DNA of 34,063 bases from Armatimonadota bacterium (GCA_037443365.1 JBBIOM010000021.1:1-34063); one strand, 5' to 3'. Shown: positions 1-9,643, counted from the stretch's first letter. Numbers and translations: made by a program. The notes: a model not told the origin generated them from the sequence alone.

Positions 1-67
1 CGCGTGAAGAGCACGGTGATGATGCCCATCGGCATAGGGAGGTAGGGGCGAGGGAATCCTCTGCCAG

Positions 68-90
68 GCCCCTCGGCTTCGCTCAGGGCG
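68..90. repeat. Short REP-like imperfect hairpin (CCCTCGGCTTCGCTCAGGG)
   Basis: Imperfect palindrome resembling the dispersed CCCTTCGACTNCGCTCAGGG-type repeat (recalled, not searched). It sits where the antitoxin start codon should be. Single copy in the window. Confidence 0.35.
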
Positions 91-163
91 CACCACAATC
101 TCGCTTCCCGAGGAACTGCTCGCGCGCCTGCGCCTGATAGCGGCACAGCGACGCATCTCCATG
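89..163 (+). pseudogene. N-terminal remnant of a ribbon-helix-helix (CopG/VapB-type) antitoxin
   Basis: Manual translation RTTISLPEELLARLRLIAAQRRISM fits the RHH strand-helix pattern. No start codon, and similarity ends at 163. Confidence 0.7.
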
Positions 164-285
164 ATGCCGCCGTGCTCGCCGTTGTCGAGCGCCTGGGCGA
201 ACCCAAGCTGGCCACCCTTGATCAGCGCCACTTCCGGGCGCTGCGGCCGCGCCACGTGGAGATGCTGAGGCTGCTGCCTGCCTAG
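163..285 (+). pseudogene. C-terminal remnant of a PIN-domain (VapC) toxin
   Basis: Manual translation DAAVLAVVERLGEPKLATLDQRHFRALRPRHVEMLRLLPA* carries the PIN C-terminal motifs DA..A..ERL, TLD.RHF and RPRH..LLP. The N-terminal part is missing. Confidence 0.8.
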
Positions 286-1481
286 ACCTTGACGATTTGA
301 TCCTCCAGCCGCTTGGTCCGCTTCGTGATCACTTCTGGCTGCGACTTGCCCACAACTACCGTGTCGTCCTGCCTGAACCCGCCCACGCCGTAGATGTAGA
401 TGCCCGGCTCGCAGGAGTAGACCTCGTTCTCCACCAGCGGGCGGTAGTTGAACGCCATGTCGTCGGGGAACTCGTGCCCGGCGATGCCCATCCCGTGCCC
501 GGTCCGGTGCATGATGTGATCGCCGAAACCGTGCTGCTCTATCACGAGCTGGGCCGCGGCGTCGGCCTCGGCGACCGGGATGCCGGCGACGAACTTCTCG
601 AGCGCGGCGATGTTGGCGGCCGTGGCCGCCTCGTACGCCCTGCGCTGGAGATCGCTGCGCGGCTCGCCCAGGAACAGGGTCCTCTCGTTCTCCACGACCA
701 GCCCGCTTAGCCGCACGATGATGATGTTGACCACCCCGTCGCCCTTCTCAAAGCGGGCCCCGCAGTCGGCGCCGGTGCCGTGCGGCGACGCCGAGGCCGC
801 GCCGGAGAGCGACCAGACGCGCACCTCCAGTCGATCCTGGGGGAATCGCGCCGCGCCATCGACGGCCATGCGACGCGCGATCTCCAGGTCGAGTTCGGTC
901 ACCAGCATCCCTGGCCGGACGGACTCCATGTACCGGTCCTGCCCCCAGTCGGTGAGAGATGCGGCCTGACGCATGATCTCCAGCTCCTGGGGATACTTGA
1001 CCTGGCGCATCTCCACCAGGAAGCGTGAGGCGCTGCCGAACTCCGAGAGCCCCGGAAGCTGCGTGCGCAGGCCCCGGAACGCCGAGATCCGGTCGGCCGC
1101 CAACCGGCCCCGCCTGAACCCTCCCCACTCCCGCAGCTTCACTGCCAGCAACTGGAGCCAGCGGTCGCGCGTATAGGTGCGGTTGGTGGCGCGCGGATGC
1201 TCCACGTAGATGGCGTAGTTCGGCACGTGCAGGCTGCCGCGCTCGCGGGCCATCAGCAGGTGATGCGTGGAGAGCTCGTTCATCACGAGAAACGGCCCGC
1301 CCTCGACCGGGATAACCGCGGCCACCGGCCGCTCCCAGGGTGCCACGTCCAGGTGGAAGCCGGTGAGCATGTAGAAGTGGTCGGGGTCGGTGACGAGCAG
1401 CGCCCTGTAGTCGCCCTCGGCCAGGAATTCGCGCACCCTGCGCTGTCGGTCTGCGAACACCTCCGCCGGTACGAACGGCAT
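282..1481 (-). CDS. M24 (pita-bread fold) hydrolase, creatinase/Xaa-Pro peptidase family, non-canonical metal site
   Basis: Motifs HRTGHGMG..GHE, SCEPGIY, GGFRQDD and ENERT. Start refined to ATG 1481 (MPFVPAE) behind a GGAGGA RBS. Confidence 0.9.
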   Translation of the reverse strand: MPFVPAEVFADRQRRVREFLAEGDYRALLVTDPDHFYMLTGFHLDVAPWERPVAAVIPVEGGPFLVMNELSTHHLLMARERGSLHVPNYAIYVEHPRATNRTYTRDRWLQLLAVKLREWGGFRRGRLAADRISAFRGLRTQLPGLSEFGSASRFLVEMRQVKYPQELEIMRQAASLTDWGQDRYMESVRPGMLVTELDLEIARRMAVDGAARFPQDRLEVRVWSLSGAASASPHGTGADCGARFEKGDGVVNIIIVRLSGLVVENERTLFLGEPRSDLQRRAYEAATAANIAALEKFVAGIPVAEADAAAQLVIEQHGFGDHIMHRTGHGMGIAGHEFPDDMAFNYRPLVENEVYSCEPGIYIYGVGGFRQDDTVVVGKSQPEVITKRTKRLEDQIVKV

Positions 1482-1512
1482 CGCGTTTCCTCCTTCGGTT
1501 TCTGGCTTGGTA

Positions 1513-2385
1513 CTAAGGACCCAGCCTGGGGTCAAGCGTATCCCGGAGCCAGTCGCCCACCAGGTTTACTCCCAGCGCGGTCAACACCAGCGCCACGCCC
1601 GGGAAGGTCGTCATCCACCAGGCGTTGTAGATGTAGGTCTTGCCTTCGTTGAGCATGTTGCCCCATGACGCCATCGGCGGCTGCACCCCGAATCCCAGGA
1701 AGCTGATCGCCGCCTCAGCCACGATGAACTGCGCGACCTGGAGCGAGGAAAGAATGATGACCGGGGTCCAGAGGTTGGGCAGCAGGTGACGGAGTACTAT
1801 CCGCATCTGCTGCGCCCCCAGGGCCCGCGCGGCCTCCACGTAATCCAGGGTCTTGAGCGCCAGTACTTCGCCCCGGACCAGGCGCGCGTAGACGACCCAG
1901 CCGGTGATGATCAGGGTCAGGATGATGTTCTGCAATCCGATGCCCAGGATGGCGTTTACGACGAGCGCCAGGAGGATGAAGGGGAAGGAGAGCTGCACGT
2001 CCACCAGCCGCATCAGCACAATGTCGGTTGGGCCTCCGAGGTAGCCCGAGACGAGACCCACGACGAGGCCGATGACCCCCGAGACGCCGACCGTGACCAG
2101 GCCAATCGCCAGCGACACGCGCGCGCCGTACAGTATGCGTGTGAACAGGTCGCGGCCGAGCTGATCGGTGCCCATCCAGTGCTCGCGGGACGGCGCCTGG
2201 AGAGTCTTTATGAGGTCGCTGTCCGCCGGGCCGTAGGGCGTGATCGCCGGGGCCAGCGCCGCGGCCCCCGCCACGAGCGCCACGACGATCAGCCCGAACG
2301 CGCCGGACCGGTTCAGGGGCAGCCGCCTCCTGGCGCGCCTGGGTTCTATCGCCGCCCGGGCCATGGTCGCGGTCGCGTCACTCAT
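1513..2385 (-). CDS. Dipeptide/oligopeptide ABC permease (DppC/OppC-like)
   Basis: Motifs HWMGTDQLGRD, YVEAARALGA (EAA loop) and SWGNML. Start refined to ATG 2385, overlapping the upstream stop. Confidence 0.93.
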   Translation of the reverse strand: MSDATATMARAAIEPRRARRRLPLNRSGAFGLIVVALVAGAAALAPAITPYGPADSDLIKTLQAPSREHWMGTDQLGRDLFTRILYGARVSLAIGLVTVGVSGVIGLVVGLVSGYLGGPTDIVLMRLVDVQLSFPFILLALVVNAILGIGLQNIILTLIITGWVVYARLVRGEVLALKTLDYVEAARALGAQQMRIVLRHLLPNLWTPVIILSSLQVAQFIVAEAAISFLGFGVQPPMASWGNMLNEGKTYIYNAWWMTTFPGVALVLTALGVNLVGDWLRDTLDPRLGP

Positions 2386-3295
2386 AGCGGATCCTGGGGT
2401 TGAGCCAGGCGTAGGCCACATCGGCCGCCAGGTTGAGCGCCGAGAAGAGCACCGCCGTGAGGAAGACGCCCACGAGCACGACCGGGAAATCACGGTTCAG
2501 CAGCGCCTGCACCAGGAACCGTCCCACCCCGGGCCAGGCGAATATCGTCTCGGTGATGACCGCGCCTCCCAGCAACTGGCCCAACTGCAGGGCGAGCAGC
2601 GTGACCACCGGCAGGCTGGCGTTCTTGAGCGCGTGCTTGTAGAGAACGCGCGGCGGGGCCAGCCCCTTGGCGCGCGCCGTGCGGATGTAGTCCTGGCCCA
2701 GGACGTCCAGCATCATCGAGCGCGTCAGGCGCGCGAACCGGGCCGCCACGAACGCCGCCAGTGTCACTGAGGGCATGATGAAGTGCAGCCAGGTTCCACG
2801 CCCGCCGGTCGGAAGCACGCGCATCCAGACCGAGAAGACGTAGATCAGCATCAGTCCAAGCCAGAAGCCGGGGATGGCCTGGCCGAGGACCGTGGCGCCT
2901 ATCCCCAGGTGGTCGAACCACGAGTTGCGCCGGGCGGCCGAGATCACGCCCACGGGGATCGCCACGCCCAGGGCCAGCAGCATCGCCACCCCGGAGAGCG
3001 AGAGCGTGGCCGGGAACCGCTGCAGCACGAGCGGCAGCGCTGGCTCCTGCTGTCGGAGCGAGTTGCCGAAGTCGCCGCGGAGCGCCCCCCGGATGAACCG
3101 CACGTACTGAACGAGCCAGGGGTCGTTGAACCCCAGGCGCTCGCGGAACTCCTCGATCTCCTTCTGGGTCGTGTCCGTCGGCAGGAACAGCTTGACCGGA
3201 TCGCCGGCGAGGAACTGGAGAGCGAAGACCACGGTGAGGGCCAGAAACACCACCACCAGGGCCTCAAGCATGCGCCGGGCAACGAACTGAAGCAT
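2378..3295 (-). CDS. Dipeptide/oligopeptide ABC permease (DppB/OppB-like)
   Basis: Motifs GDFGNS, DYIRTARAKGL, ETIFAWPGVG and NPRIRY. Confidence 0.95.
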   Translation of the reverse strand: MLQFVARRMLEALVVVFLALTVVFALQFLAGDPVKLFLPTDTTQKEIEEFRERLGFNDPWLVQYVRFIRGALRGDFGNSLRQQEPALPLVLQRFPATLSLSGVAMLLALGVAIPVGVISAARRNSWFDHLGIGATVLGQAIPGFWLGLMLIYVFSVWMRVLPTGGRGTWLHFIMPSVTLAAFVAARFARLTRSMMLDVLGQDYIRTARAKGLAPPRVLYKHALKNASLPVVTLLALQLGQLLGGAVITETIFAWPGVGRFLVQALLNRDFPVVLVGVFLTAVLFSALNLAADVAYAWLNPRIRYE

Positions 3296-3310
3296 ACGAG
3301 ATCGCTCGAC

Positions 3311-3341
3311 GGGAGAGCCCGTCAGCCCGACGGGCTCTCCC
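3311..3341 (-). terminator. Perfect 13-bp hairpin between the SBP and permease genes (partial terminator or mRNA stabiliser)
   Basis: GGGAGAGCCCGTC-agccc-GACGGGCTCTCCC, with no U-tract. Confidence 0.7.
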
Positions 3342-3377
3342 TATCTCCCGGTTTCGTGAGCCGCCTTGCCCCCCGGA

Positions 3378-4898
3378 TTACCGTCGCGTCCACTCCGCGT
3401 CATGCAGGAATATCTTCTCCGCGGGGTGGGGCTCCCACTTCACGCGCTTGTTCACGCCATAGAGATCGTGCTGCTGCCACAGGAAGATCCAGGGCGCCTC
3501 GGTGTAGAGCATCACCTGGATGCGGTTCCAGGCCGCCTGGCGCTTCTTGAGATCCACGATCGGGATGGCCTTGTTGATCTCCAGCGTCAGGTTCGGCGTC
3601 CCGAACCCGCTGTAGGTTCTCTCGGGCCGGAACAGTTCCGCGATCGTGCCCTGGGCCTCCAGCGCCGGTCCCCATCCCAGGTAGAACATCTCGCCGGTGC
3701 GCCGGTTGATGATCTTGTCCAGATGGGTGCCCCACTCGTTCACCACAACCCTGACCCTTATGCCGATGCGCGCCAGGTAGGATGCGATTGCCTCGGAGGC
3801 CTCCTTGTCGAGCGGATAGCGTCCGGATGGCGAGTCCAGCGTGAACTCAAGCTTGGTGGGATCGTAGCCGGCCTCCTTGATCAACTGGACGGCCCGCTCG
3901 GGGTTGAACGGATAGGGCTTGAGGTTGGGGTTCACGTTCTCGTTGATGGACGAGAGCGCGCCGGGAATGCGCGTGGCCCTTCCCCTGAACAGGGTGGCGA
4001 CGATCTCGTCCACGTTCACAGCGTAGTTCAGCGCCTGACGCACGCGGCGGTCCTGCAACGGGCCGGGCTTGAAGTTCACCAGCGCGAGGTAGTTGATGCG
4101 CGACGACGCCACGCCCCTGACCTCGGCCAGGCCGCTGCGGTTGACCTGGTCCACGGCGACGGGAGGCACATCCTTGACGATGTCTGCCTCACCCGCCAGC
4201 AGCGCCGCCAGCCGGGCGCTGAAGTCGGGGATGAACCGGAACTCAACCCGCTTGATCGCGGGCGGCTTGTTCCAGTACGCGGGATTGGCCTCCAGCACGA
4301 GTCGCTCGTCACGATCCCAGCGCACGAACTTGTAGGGCCCGGCCCCGACCGGGTTTCGTGACGCCTCCAGGCTGCCCACCGAGCGCACGTACCCGGGCGC
4401 CATGACCGTGAAGTCCACGAGCCAGTAGCGCAGGATCGGCGCCGGCTCCTTCGTGCGGATGCGCAGCGTCAACGGGTCGACGACCTCAATCGACTCGATG
4501 AACGCGAAGCGGGGCCGGTAGTGGGACTCGTTCCTGGGATCGAGAAGCCACTCGAGCGTGAACTTCACGGCCTCTGCGCCGAACGGCTCGCCGTTGTGGA
4601 ACTTCACTCCCGGACGCAGCTTGATGATCCACGTGAGGTCATCCGGGGTCTGGGGGAGTTCGGCGGCCAGCGAGGGCTTGATGCGGGGCGGGAAGCCCTC
4701 CCAGTAATAGAGCCGGTCGTAGATGTTCATCTGCTGGACGTTGGTCGTCCAGTCCACGATGCGCATAGCCATCAGGCTGCGGGGCTCGGCGCCCAACGCA
4801 ACCACAATCGGACGATCCCGGGCCGCGGTGGGCGTCGGGGCACTGCCCACCAGGCCGAGGAGCAGTGCGATCAGCAGGGCCAGGGCGGTTACGCGCAT
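3378..4898 (-). CDS. ABC substrate-binding protein, family 5
   Basis: N-terminal signal peptide. Motifs LRPGVKFHNGEPF, PVGAGPYKF and DRRVRQALNYAVN. Confidence 0.95.
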   Translation of the reverse strand: MRVTALALLIALLLGLVGSAPTPTAARDRPIVVALGAEPRSLMAMRIVDWTTNVQQMNIYDRLYYWEGFPPRIKPSLAAELPQTPDDLTWIIKLRPGVKFHNGEPFGAEAVKFTLEWLLDPRNESHYRPRFAFIESIEVVDPLTLRIRTKEPAPILRYWLVDFTVMAPGYVRSVGSLEASRNPVGAGPYKFVRWDRDERLVLEANPAYWNKPPAIKRVEFRFIPDFSARLAALLAGEADIVKDVPPVAVDQVNRSGLAEVRGVASSRINYLALVNFKPGPLQDRRVRQALNYAVNVDEIVATLFRGRATRIPGALSSINENVNPNLKPYPFNPERAVQLIKEAGYDPTKLEFTLDSPSGRYPLDKEASEAIASYLARIGIRVRVVVNEWGTHLDKIINRRTGEMFYLGWGPALEAQGTIAELFRPERTYSGFGTPNLTLEINKAIPIVDLKKRQAAWNRIQVMLYTEAPWIFLWQQHDLYGVNKRVKWEPHPAEKIFLHDAEWTRR

Positions 4899-4972
4899 AC
4901 TCTATCCCCCTTCCAGTGAGTGGCTCGTCTGCCGTTTCGATGCAACCGGGGTCCTTCCTCTTGCTTGCCAGG

Positions 4973-4981
4973 ATTATAGCA
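4973..4981 (-). promoter_or_regulatory. Extended -10 promoter (TGcTATAAT) for the first ABC operon
   Basis: The reverse strand reads TGCTATAAT about 75 bp upstream of the SBP start. Confidence 0.65.
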
Positions 4982-5068
4982 GAGGCCCTGACCCTTCGCG
5001 CTTCCAAGGAATCCCTCGCCCTATGCCAGAAACATGCACCCTGCAGCCGCATACAAGGGAGGGATGAC

Positions 5069-6259
5069 ATGCGACTGTTCATAAGTCGTGAGGAACACCT
5101 GCGTCGCACGAGCGCGGCCCGCGCCGAGGCATGCCGACGGGGCCAGGATGCCCTGGTTCTGTTCGGGCCTGCCCAGATCTTCTACCTGACGGGGTTTGCG
5201 TTCATAGCCACGGAGCGCCCAATCGCGTTGATCGTGGAGGGCGGCACTACTGCTCTCTATGTTCCACGCCTCGAGGAGGAGCACGCCGCCGCCCACGCTT
5301 GCGTGGACCGGGTTGTTACCTACCCGGAGTATCCGGCCGAGACCCACCCGATGCTGGGCCTGGCCGGGCTGCTGGCCGGGTTGGGGCTTGACCACTCGCG
5401 CCTGGGAGCGGACGGCGATGGCTATCCCGGCATCATGGGCTACAGGGGACCGCGTCTTAGCGAGGTCCTCCCCGGCGCATCGGTGAGCGTCATGCGTGAC
5501 CTCGTGGAAGAGATGATGATGGTGAAGTCCGAGGAAGAGCTGGCTCTCATCCGCGAGAGCGCCCGCTGGGGCAACCTGGCGCACTCCCTTCTTCAAGAGT
5601 ACACGCGCATTGGGGTGGTCGAGAGCGAGGTCAGCCACCGCGCGTCCTTCGACGCCACGGCTGCGATGGTGCGGGCGCTGGGCCCCGAGTACCGGCCGTT
5701 GAGCTGGACGTTCCCCGGGGCGCGTGCCGGTTACAGGGGGCAGGTGGGGAAGCAGTCGGCGGTCGCCCACGCCATGACCACGAACGCGCGCATACAGGCC
5801 GGGGATGTTCTGGTGACCGGCGCTTCGGCGGCGGTGGGAGGGTACTACAGCGAGCTGGAGCGCACCATGATCGTCTCCCCGGTGAACGACGAACACCGGC
5901 GCTTCTTCTCTGCTATGCTGGGCGCCCAGGAGACCGCGTTCGAGGCGATCCGCCCGGGCCGGCCGTGCGCCGAGGTGGACCGGGCGGTGCGCGCGTACTT
6001 CGAGAGGCACGACCTCGTCCCGTACTGGCGCCACCACGTCGGGCACGCGATGGGTATCGGCATCCACGAGGCCCCGTTCTTCGACATCGGAGACACAACC
6101 GAGATGCGCCCGGGCATGGTCTTCACCGTTGAGCCCGGGATATACGTCCCTGGCTTCGCCGGCTTTCGCCACTCCGACACGCTGGTGATCACCGAGGGCG
6201 GATACGAGATGCTTACGTACTACCCGCGAGACCTGGGGTCGCTCACAATACCTGGATGA
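5069..6259 (+). CDS. M24-fold hydrolase, creatinase-like
   Basis: Motifs AHAMTT..GDVL, GYYSELERT, HHVGHAMG..IHE, TVEPGIY and GFRHSDT. Start refined to ATG 5069 behind AGGGAGG. Confidence 0.9.
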   Translation: MRLFISREEHLRRTSAARAEACRRGQDALVLFGPAQIFYLTGFAFIATERPIALIVEGGTTALYVPRLEEEHAAAHACVDRVVTYPEYPAETHPMLGLAGLLAGLGLDHSRLGADGDGYPGIMGYRGPRLSEVLPGASVSVMRDLVEEMMMVKSEEELALIRESARWGNLAHSLLQEYTRIGVVESEVSHRASFDATAAMVRALGPEYRPLSWTFPGARAGYRGQVGKQSAVAHAMTTNARIQAGDVLVTGASAAVGGYYSELERTMIVSPVNDEHRRFFSAMLGAQETAFEAIRPGRPCAEVDRAVRAYFERHDLVPYWRHHVGHAMGIGIHEAPFFDIGDTTEMRPGMVFTVEPGIYVPGFAGFRHSDTLVITEGGYEMLTYYPRDLGSLTIPG

Positions 6260-6287
6260 TCCGGACGTCCACCAAGGAGGCCTGCGC

Positions 6288-7781
6288 ATGTACCGAATAG
6301 CCGCCGGGGAGATCAGCCACGAGACCAACACCTTCTGCCCGCCGACGACCCTGGAGATGTTTCAGAAGCGCGTATGGGACCACGGCGACGAGATCACGCG
6401 GCGCTTCCGCGGCACACGCACCTTCCTGGGCGGGATGCAGGAGGCGGCGGAACGCCTGGGCGTCCTGCTGATACCGACCTTCGCGGCCAGCACCGAGCCC
6501 TGGGGGGTCATCACGCGCGAGGCCTACGAGCGGATGCTCGGGGAACTGCTGGACGGCATCCGGCAGGCGATGCCGCTTGATGGCATCTGCCTGGCCCTGC
6601 ACGGCGCCGCCGTGGCAGAGGGGGCCTCAGACGTTGAGGGTGCGGTCCTGGCCGCGGTCCGTGAGGTCGTGGGGCCGGGGACGCCCATCGCGGTCACCCT
6701 GGACCTCCACGGCAACACCACACCCAGGATGGCGGATCTGGCCACGGGTCTGTTCAGCGTGCACCAGTACCCCCACACGGACATGTACGAGCGCGGGCAG
6801 GAGGCGATGGAGTTCCTGGCGCGGGTCCTGCGCGGGGAGATCACTCCTGTCACGGTAGTGGAGGCGTTGCCGCTGCTGGCCGTCCCGGCGCCGGCGGGAC
6901 TGGAACCCGTGCGGTCCCTCAACGCGCTGTGCCAGCGCTGGGAGGCAGAGCCCGGGATGATCGCGTGTGCGCTCATGCACGGCTTCCCGTACAGCGACAT
7001 CCCGGAGGCCGGCGTCACCGTGGTTGCGGTGGCCGAGCATGATCCGGCGCTGGCACGCCGGGCGGCCCGCTCGGTCGCGCAGGAGGCCTGGGCCCGGCGG
7101 GAGGAGTTCGTGCGGCGCTATCCGCTTCCCGCCGAGGCCGTGGCCGAGGCGGTGGCGGCCTGCGCGCGGCAGGGGCCGGTGGTGATAAACGAGACCAGCG
7201 ACAACCCTGGAGGCGGGGCGCCAGGGGACGGCACGCACCTGCTGCGGGCGATGCTGGAAGCCGGCCTCACTGACAGCGCGTTTGGGATGTTGTTCGACCC
7301 CGAGGCCGCCGAGGCCGCGCACCAGGCCGGCGTCGGCGCCACGCTTCGGGTGCGCCTGGGCGGCAAGCACGACCGGATGCACGGCGACCCGCTCGAGGTG
7401 GATGCCTACGTGAAGAGCCTGACCGACGGGAAGTACGTGCTGACCGCGCTGGCGCAGGGCGTAATGGCGGACTACGGCAGGACGGCGCGTCTTGTCTGTG
7501 GCGGCCTGGACATCGTCGTCTCCAGCCGGCGCGGCCAGGTGCTCGACCCCGGGCCGTTCCTCATCCACGGCATCGACGTGCGGAATTACCGGATCGTGGG
7601 CCTGAAGTCCAGCGCGCACTTCCGCGCCGGATACGAGCCGCTGGCATCGCGCATAATCACCACCGACCCGCCTGGGCTGTGCTCGTCGAACCTGGCGCAC
7701 TTCACCTTCCGGCACGTACGCCGGCCGATCTACCCGCTCGATCTGGATGCGGCCTACCGGTCCAGCGAGGAGTCGTGCTGA
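6288..7781 (+). CDS. MlrC-like M81 family metallopeptidase
   Basis: Motifs HETNTF, LHGA, DLHGN, YPHTD, DNPGGG, KSSAHFRA and RPIYPLD. AAGGAGG RBS. Confidence 0.92.
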   Translation: MYRIAAGEISHETNTFCPPTTLEMFQKRVWDHGDEITRRFRGTRTFLGGMQEAAERLGVLLIPTFAASTEPWGVITREAYERMLGELLDGIRQAMPLDGICLALHGAAVAEGASDVEGAVLAAVREVVGPGTPIAVTLDLHGNTTPRMADLATGLFSVHQYPHTDMYERGQEAMEFLARVLRGEITPVTVVEALPLLAVPAPAGLEPVRSLNALCQRWEAEPGMIACALMHGFPYSDIPEAGVTVVAVAEHDPALARRAARSVAQEAWARREEFVRRYPLPAEAVAEAVAACARQGPVVINETSDNPGGGAPGDGTHLLRAMLEAGLTDSAFGMLFDPEAAEAAHQAGVGATLRVRLGGKHDRMHGDPLEVDAYVKSLTDGKYVLTALAQGVMADYGRTARLVCGGLDIVVSSRRGQVLDPGPFLIHGIDVRNYRIVGLKSSAHFRAGYEPLASRIITTDPPGLCSSNLAHFTFRHVRRPIYPLDLDAAYRSSEESC

Positions 7782-8647
7782 CGGGGGTCCAGGGCATCGC
7801 GCAGCCCGTCGCCCATCAGGTTGAAGGCGAGCACGGTGAGCGAGATCATCACGCCCGGCGCGATAGCAATCTGCGGGTAGATGAGGATGAATGCCCTGCC
7901 GTCGGAGAGCATGCCTCCCCACGAGGCGGTCGGCGGCTGCACGCCCAGCCCCAGGAACGAGAGGGCGGATTCCAGGATTATGATGCCGCCGATGCCAAGA
8001 CTGGCCAGCACGATCACAGGCCCCATGACATTGGGTAGGATGTGCCGGAAGATGATCCGTGCGTCGCCGGCCCCGGCGGCCCTCGCCGCCAGGGCGAACT
8101 CGCGCTCGCGCAGGCTCAGCACCTCGGCACGCACCACCCGGGCGTACTGCGCCCAGCCCGTGATCCCGATGATCACCACGACCGTCACCAGGCTCGGCCC
8201 CAGAACCGCCGAAAGCGTGATCAGCAGCACCAGGACCGGGAAGGCCATGAGCGTGTCCACTACGCGCGACAGCGACGCGTCCACACGGCCGCCGATGTAG
8301 CCGGATGTGGCGCCGATCGCCACCCCGAGCACAACCGAGATCCCGGTTGCCAGCAGCCCGACAATGAGGGCCACGCGCGAGCCCCAGATCGTGCGGCTCA
8401 GCATGTCGCGGCCTATGTGGTCGAATCCCAGCGGGTGTGACCACGAGGGCGGCGCTCCGCGCATCCCGCGGAAGATCTGTGTGTGCGAGTGCGGTGAGAG
8501 CAGGTCCGGGACCACCGCCATCACCACGAGCGCCAGGATGAAGCACAACCCGAACAACCCTGGGCGGTAGCGTCTGAACCGGCGCCAGGCGCGGGAGAAC
8601 TCGGACCTGCGCTGGGGCTCTGGGATCGCGGGTGCTTGCCAGATCAT
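7754..8647 (-). CDS. Peptide ABC permease (DppC-like)
   Basis: Motifs HPLGFDHIGRD, FALAARAAGA, LSFLGLG and DGLRDALDPR. Start refined to ATG 8647. Confidence 0.93.
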   Translation of the reverse strand: MIWQAPAIPEPQRRSEFSRAWRRFRRYRPGLFGLCFILALVVMAVVPDLLSPHSHTQIFRGMRGAPPSWSHPLGFDHIGRDMLSRTIWGSRVALIVGLLATGISVVLGVAIGATSGYIGGRVDASLSRVVDTLMAFPVLVLLITLSAVLGPSLVTVVVIIGITGWAQYARVVRAEVLSLREREFALAARAAGAGDARIIFRHILPNVMGPVIVLASLGIGGIIILESALSFLGLGVQPPTASWGGMLSDGRAFILIYPQIAIAPGVMISLTVLAFNLMGDGLRDALDPRQHDSSLDR

Positions 8648-8651
8648 GCGA

Positions 8652-9578
8652 TCACCCGAGGCGAATCCGTGGATCAATGAAGCCATAGACCAGGTCGGTG
8701 AGCAGGTTCCCCACCACCACCAGCACGCTGAGCAGCAGCACGATCGCCTGAACGACCTGGTAATCCACGCGGTTGACCGACTCAATGAACAACTGGCCGA
8801 GCCCCGGGAGGGCGAACACGTTCTCGATCACGATCGTGCCGCTCAGCAGGAAGGCGATGCGGTATCCGATCACGGTGACGACCGGGAGCAGGGCGTTGCG
8901 CACCACGTGCCGCGAGACCACGATCCTTTCTACGAGCCCCTTGGCGCGCGCGGTGCGAACGTAGTCCTCGCCCATGCCCTCGATGGTTGAAGCGCGCATC
9001 ATCCGAGCCAGCAGGGCCGTCTGATTCGCCACGATCACCGCCACGGGCAGGACGTAGCCCTTCCACGAAGGCAGCCCGAACGGGGGCAGCCAGCCGAGAA
9101 GCAGCGAGAAGAGCACGATCAGCATCAGGCCTATCCAGAAGTTCGGCAGGGCCAGGCCGAGCGTTGAGGACACCATGATGGTGTAGTCAAAGCCGGAGTA
9201 TCGTCGCACGGCGGCCACGATGCCCATCGGCAGGGCGATCGCAATCGAGATGAAGAACGCCAGCAGGTTGAGCTTGGCGGTGACGACCGCGGCCTCGCCG
9301 ATCATGGTGCGCACCGGGACGCCCGTGCGTATGACCGACTGGCCGAAGTCGCCGCGCACCATGTTTACAGCCCACGTGATGTACTGCTCGTGGACAGGTC
9401 GGTCGAATCCCCACTTCCGGCGGATCATGTCGAGCTGCTCCTGGGTGACCTGTGCCTCGCCCACCATCAGGTCCACAGGATCCCCGGGGATGAAGTGCAT
9501 CATCGAGAACGTTCCGATGCTGACCAGCAGGACGACGACGGCGCCCTGCATGCAGCGCGAAGCGAGGTATCTTAGCAT
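8652..9578 (-). CDS. Peptide ABC permease (DppB-like)
   Basis: Motifs PGDPV, GDFGQS, DYVRTARAKGL and DPRIR. Confidence 0.95.
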   Translation of the reverse strand: MLRYLASRCMQGAVVVLLVSIGTFSMMHFIPGDPVDLMVGEAQVTQEQLDMIRRKWGFDRPVHEQYITWAVNMVRGDFGQSVIRTGVPVRTMIGEAAVVTAKLNLLAFFISIAIALPMGIVAAVRRYSGFDYTIMVSSTLGLALPNFWIGLMLIVLFSLLLGWLPPFGLPSWKGYVLPVAVIVANQTALLARMMRASTIEGMGEDYVRTARAKGLVERIVVSRHVVRNALLPVVTVIGYRIAFLLSGTIVIENVFALPGLGQLFIESVNRVDYQVVQAIVLLLSVLVVVGNLLTDLVYGFIDPRIRLG

Positions 9579-9607
9579 TCAGCGCGCCGTGCGGCCGGGA
9601 AGTTGAG

Positions 9608-9643
9608 CCCGGAGGGCCGGCACCTTGCGCCGCGCCCCCCGGG
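9608..9643 (-). terminator. GC-rich hairpin between the SBP and permease genes
   Basis: Minus strand CCCGGGGGGC-g-CGGCGC-aag-GTGCCG-GCCCTCCGGG. Same relative position as the 3311-3341 hairpin. Confidence 0.6.

Noticed and set aside
1..35. Minus-strand MPMGIITVLFT, reminiscent of a class III nucleotide cyclase N-terminus
   Set aside because: Only 11 codons at the window edge, no RBS, and the expected Asp after LFT is not present.
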